Assembly: GCA_964418085.1 (NCBI GenBank)
Contig: CAYQKB010000002.1
Span: 1-45,329, forward strand
Reading direction: 5' to 3'
DNA: 45,329 bases
From: an uncultured Candidatus Saccharibacteria bacterium
GTDB taxonomy: Bacteria; Patescibacteriota; Minisyncoccia; UBA6257; 2-01-FULL-56-20
The position numbers were made by a program, and so were the translations under genes. The notes under the pieces were generated by a model. It was not told the DNA's origin and searched no databases. It worked only from the letters and a program-made list of their open reading frames with translations. Of this stretch, positions 43,985 to 45,329 are shown piece by piece. Position 1 is the first letter of the stretch. Every line of letters begins with the position of its first letter.

Positions 43985-44065
43985 TGTCATTCCCGCGCAG
44001 GCGGGAATCCAGAGCAAAGAAAAATCTGGATCGCCACGGACTTGAAATAAGCTCTCGCGATGACA
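43985..44065. repeat. MITE-like palindromic element, copy 5
   Basis: TGTCATTCCCGCGCAGGCGGGAATCCAGAGCAAAGAAAAATCTGGATCGCCACGGACTTGAAATAAGCTCTCGCGATGACA. Confidence 0.75.
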
Positions 44066-44155
44066 AATTATAAAATAGCTAGGGCTAAAAAAATCTTAAA
44101 ATTTTTAACTTTGCACTGTCATTTTCCACTTTGAGATTTCAACTTTCCATTTCCA

Positions 44156-45329
44156 CTACGCCTCTAGCTTCCTCGCATCATCGCAAATCATTTTCGGCTC
44201 GCCATCGCGCCATGTCATTCTGCCGCCCACAAGCACCACATTATTTTCTTCCCACACTGATGCGGTCTTGAGGAGCGTGCTATTAAATACCAATATCTCA
44301 AGCTGTTGGAGGGAAGTGTCCTCGATTGTTGCAAAAATCATCGGGTCGCCCTTCTTTGTGATAATTTTTTGAATTTTCGAGATAAGCCCGGCGGTGCGTT
44401 GTGGTGCTATTTCATCTTTCACGAGCCGCACTTTTTCGATTGAGGTAGGCTTTATCGTTTTGAGTTTTTCCGAGTAGGCATTTATCGGATGATCGGAAAG
44501 ATAAAATCCCAAAAGTTCTTTCTCCCATATCAGTTTTTGTGCATCTGTTGCCGGAGGCGCGGACTTGAGTCGTAAGGAAACCTTTGGCGCGCTTGTGCCG
44601 CCGAAAAGCGAACTCCCTGAAGAGTTTTGTGTTGCCGCCTTTCGTGCAGACGCCGCAAACTTTACGATGTCATCAATATTCACGATTGCCTGATTTCGCT
44701 CAACGCCAAGCGAATCAAACGCACCGCCCTTCGCAAGCGATTCAAGTGATTTTTTATTCAGATCTTTATGCTGGACCCTCATCAAAAATTCCTCAAACGT
44801 CTGGAACGGTCCGTTCTTTATCCGTTCCTCGATAATGCCTCGAGTAATTTCCGCGCCAACATTTTTAATTGCGACAAGGCCGAACCGGATGTGTTTCTTG
44901 CCCGCCATAGCTTTTGCGGAGGAAGGTCCCTCCGGCGTAAAATTCACAAAGCTCTTGTTGATGTCCGGCGACAATATTTCAAGTCCGGCTTGCTTGGCCT
45001 CCTGAATCAAAACAGAAATCCGATCAATGTCGTTTACCTCCGAGTTCAAAAGCCCTGCCATAAATTCTTCGCGATAATGAGCTTTGAGGTATGCCGTGCG
45101 GTATCCGATGACGGCGTAACAGGCCGCATGGCTCTTATTGAAGCCGTATCTCGCGAACGGAGGGAACATTTCCCAAATTTGTTGAGCGGTGTTTGCGGGA
45201 ATTCCGTTTGCGATCATTCCGCTCAAAAGTTTTTCCTTCTGCTCGTCGAGAAGGGATTTTATTTTTTTACCGATTGCTTTGCGAAGTGTGTCCGCTTCAG
45301 GAAGCGTGAAGCCAGCGTGACTACGTGCT
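44156..45329 (-). CDS. dnaE: DNA polymerase III alpha subunit, C-terminal part (N-terminus outside the window)
   Basis: The frame is open to the window edge. My translation upstream of the ORF-track start reads ...AGFTLPEADTLRKAIGKKIKSLLDEQKEKLLSGMIANG, followed by FARYGFNKSHAACYAVIGYRTAYLKAHY and a C-terminal OB-fold region. Confidence 0.9.
   Translation of the reverse strand, partial: ARSHAGFTLPEADTLRKAIGKKIKSLLDEQKEKLLSGMIANGIPANTAQQIWEMFPPFARYGFNKSHAACYAVIGYRTAYLKAHYREEFMAGLLNSEVNDIDRISVLIQEAKQAGLEILSPDINKSFVNFTPEGPSSAKAMAGKKHIRFGLVAIKNVGAEITRGIIEERIKNGPFQTFEEFLMRVQHKDLNKKSLESLAKGGAFDSLGVERNQAIVNIDDIVKFAASARKAATQNSSGSSLFGGTSAPKVSLRLKSAPPATDAQKLIWEKELLGFYLSDHPINAYSEKLKTIKPTSIEKVRLVKDEIAPQRTAGLISKIQKIITKKGDPMIFATIEDTSLQQLEILVFNSTLLKTASVWEENNVVLVGGRMTWRDGEPKMICDDARKLEA

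Noticed and set aside
1-45329. Alternative genetic code (UGA recoded, as in some candidate phyla), or a prophage or conjugative element.
   Set aside because: Long housekeeping ORFs are intact under code 11, and TGA terminates several well-defined genes, for example at 36964-36966. I saw no integrase, transposase, capsid, terminase or relaxase motifs.

Overview
This is a 45.3-kb chromosomal segment from a streamlined, moderately AT-rich bacterium that uses the standard code (TGA is used as a stop). Gene content, giant pseudopilins and the repeat types suggest a CPR/Patescibacteria (Parcubacteria-like) genome, but that is inference only. All family calls come from motif reading by eye, with no database search. 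Coordinates of non-ORF features were hand-counted and may be off by a few nt.

Layout:
- 1-5290: a patchwork of small accessory genes ending at tRNA-Gln(CTG). They are a DHFR-like protein, an S51 peptidase, a membrane protein, a TIR-domain protein, YdeI-like, TfoX-N, a PhnB/VOC-like protein, a HAD hydrolase and a GIY-YIG nuclease.
- 5407-7909: a secreted S53-like peptidase and a Pro/Thr-rich surface protein.
- 7993-15422: a type IV pilus cluster with a receiver domain, pilB, pilC, three large pseudopilin-like proteins and a pilin.
- 15666-22056: dnaX, two small secreted or anchored proteins, PBP2, galT and rplU.
- 22174-26007: two paralogous cysteine-rich zinc-ribbon proteins of about 550-590 aa bracket a mini HAD phosphatase. 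A third, frameshifted paralog at 33271-35044 is followed by a DHH/DHHA1 phosphoesterase and an RNase H1.
- Remaining genes: ddl, a VirD4/TraD-like ATPase, NDH-2, pgk, a cluster of hypothetical small genes, RNase P RNA, mgtA, greA, lysS and the 3' part of dnaE.

The most interesting signal is the uncharacterised Cys-rich protein family, which sits next to a phosphoesterase at both of its loci. Other unexplained structure:
- a five-copy MITE-like palindromic repeat (GTCATTCCCGCG...GGAATCC type)
- heptad-based palindromes flanking the galT cassette
- long inverted repeats around the 5' ends of two pseudopilin genes and greA
- a NUDIX gene stump truncated at a shared 19-nt motif
- homopolymer frameshifts
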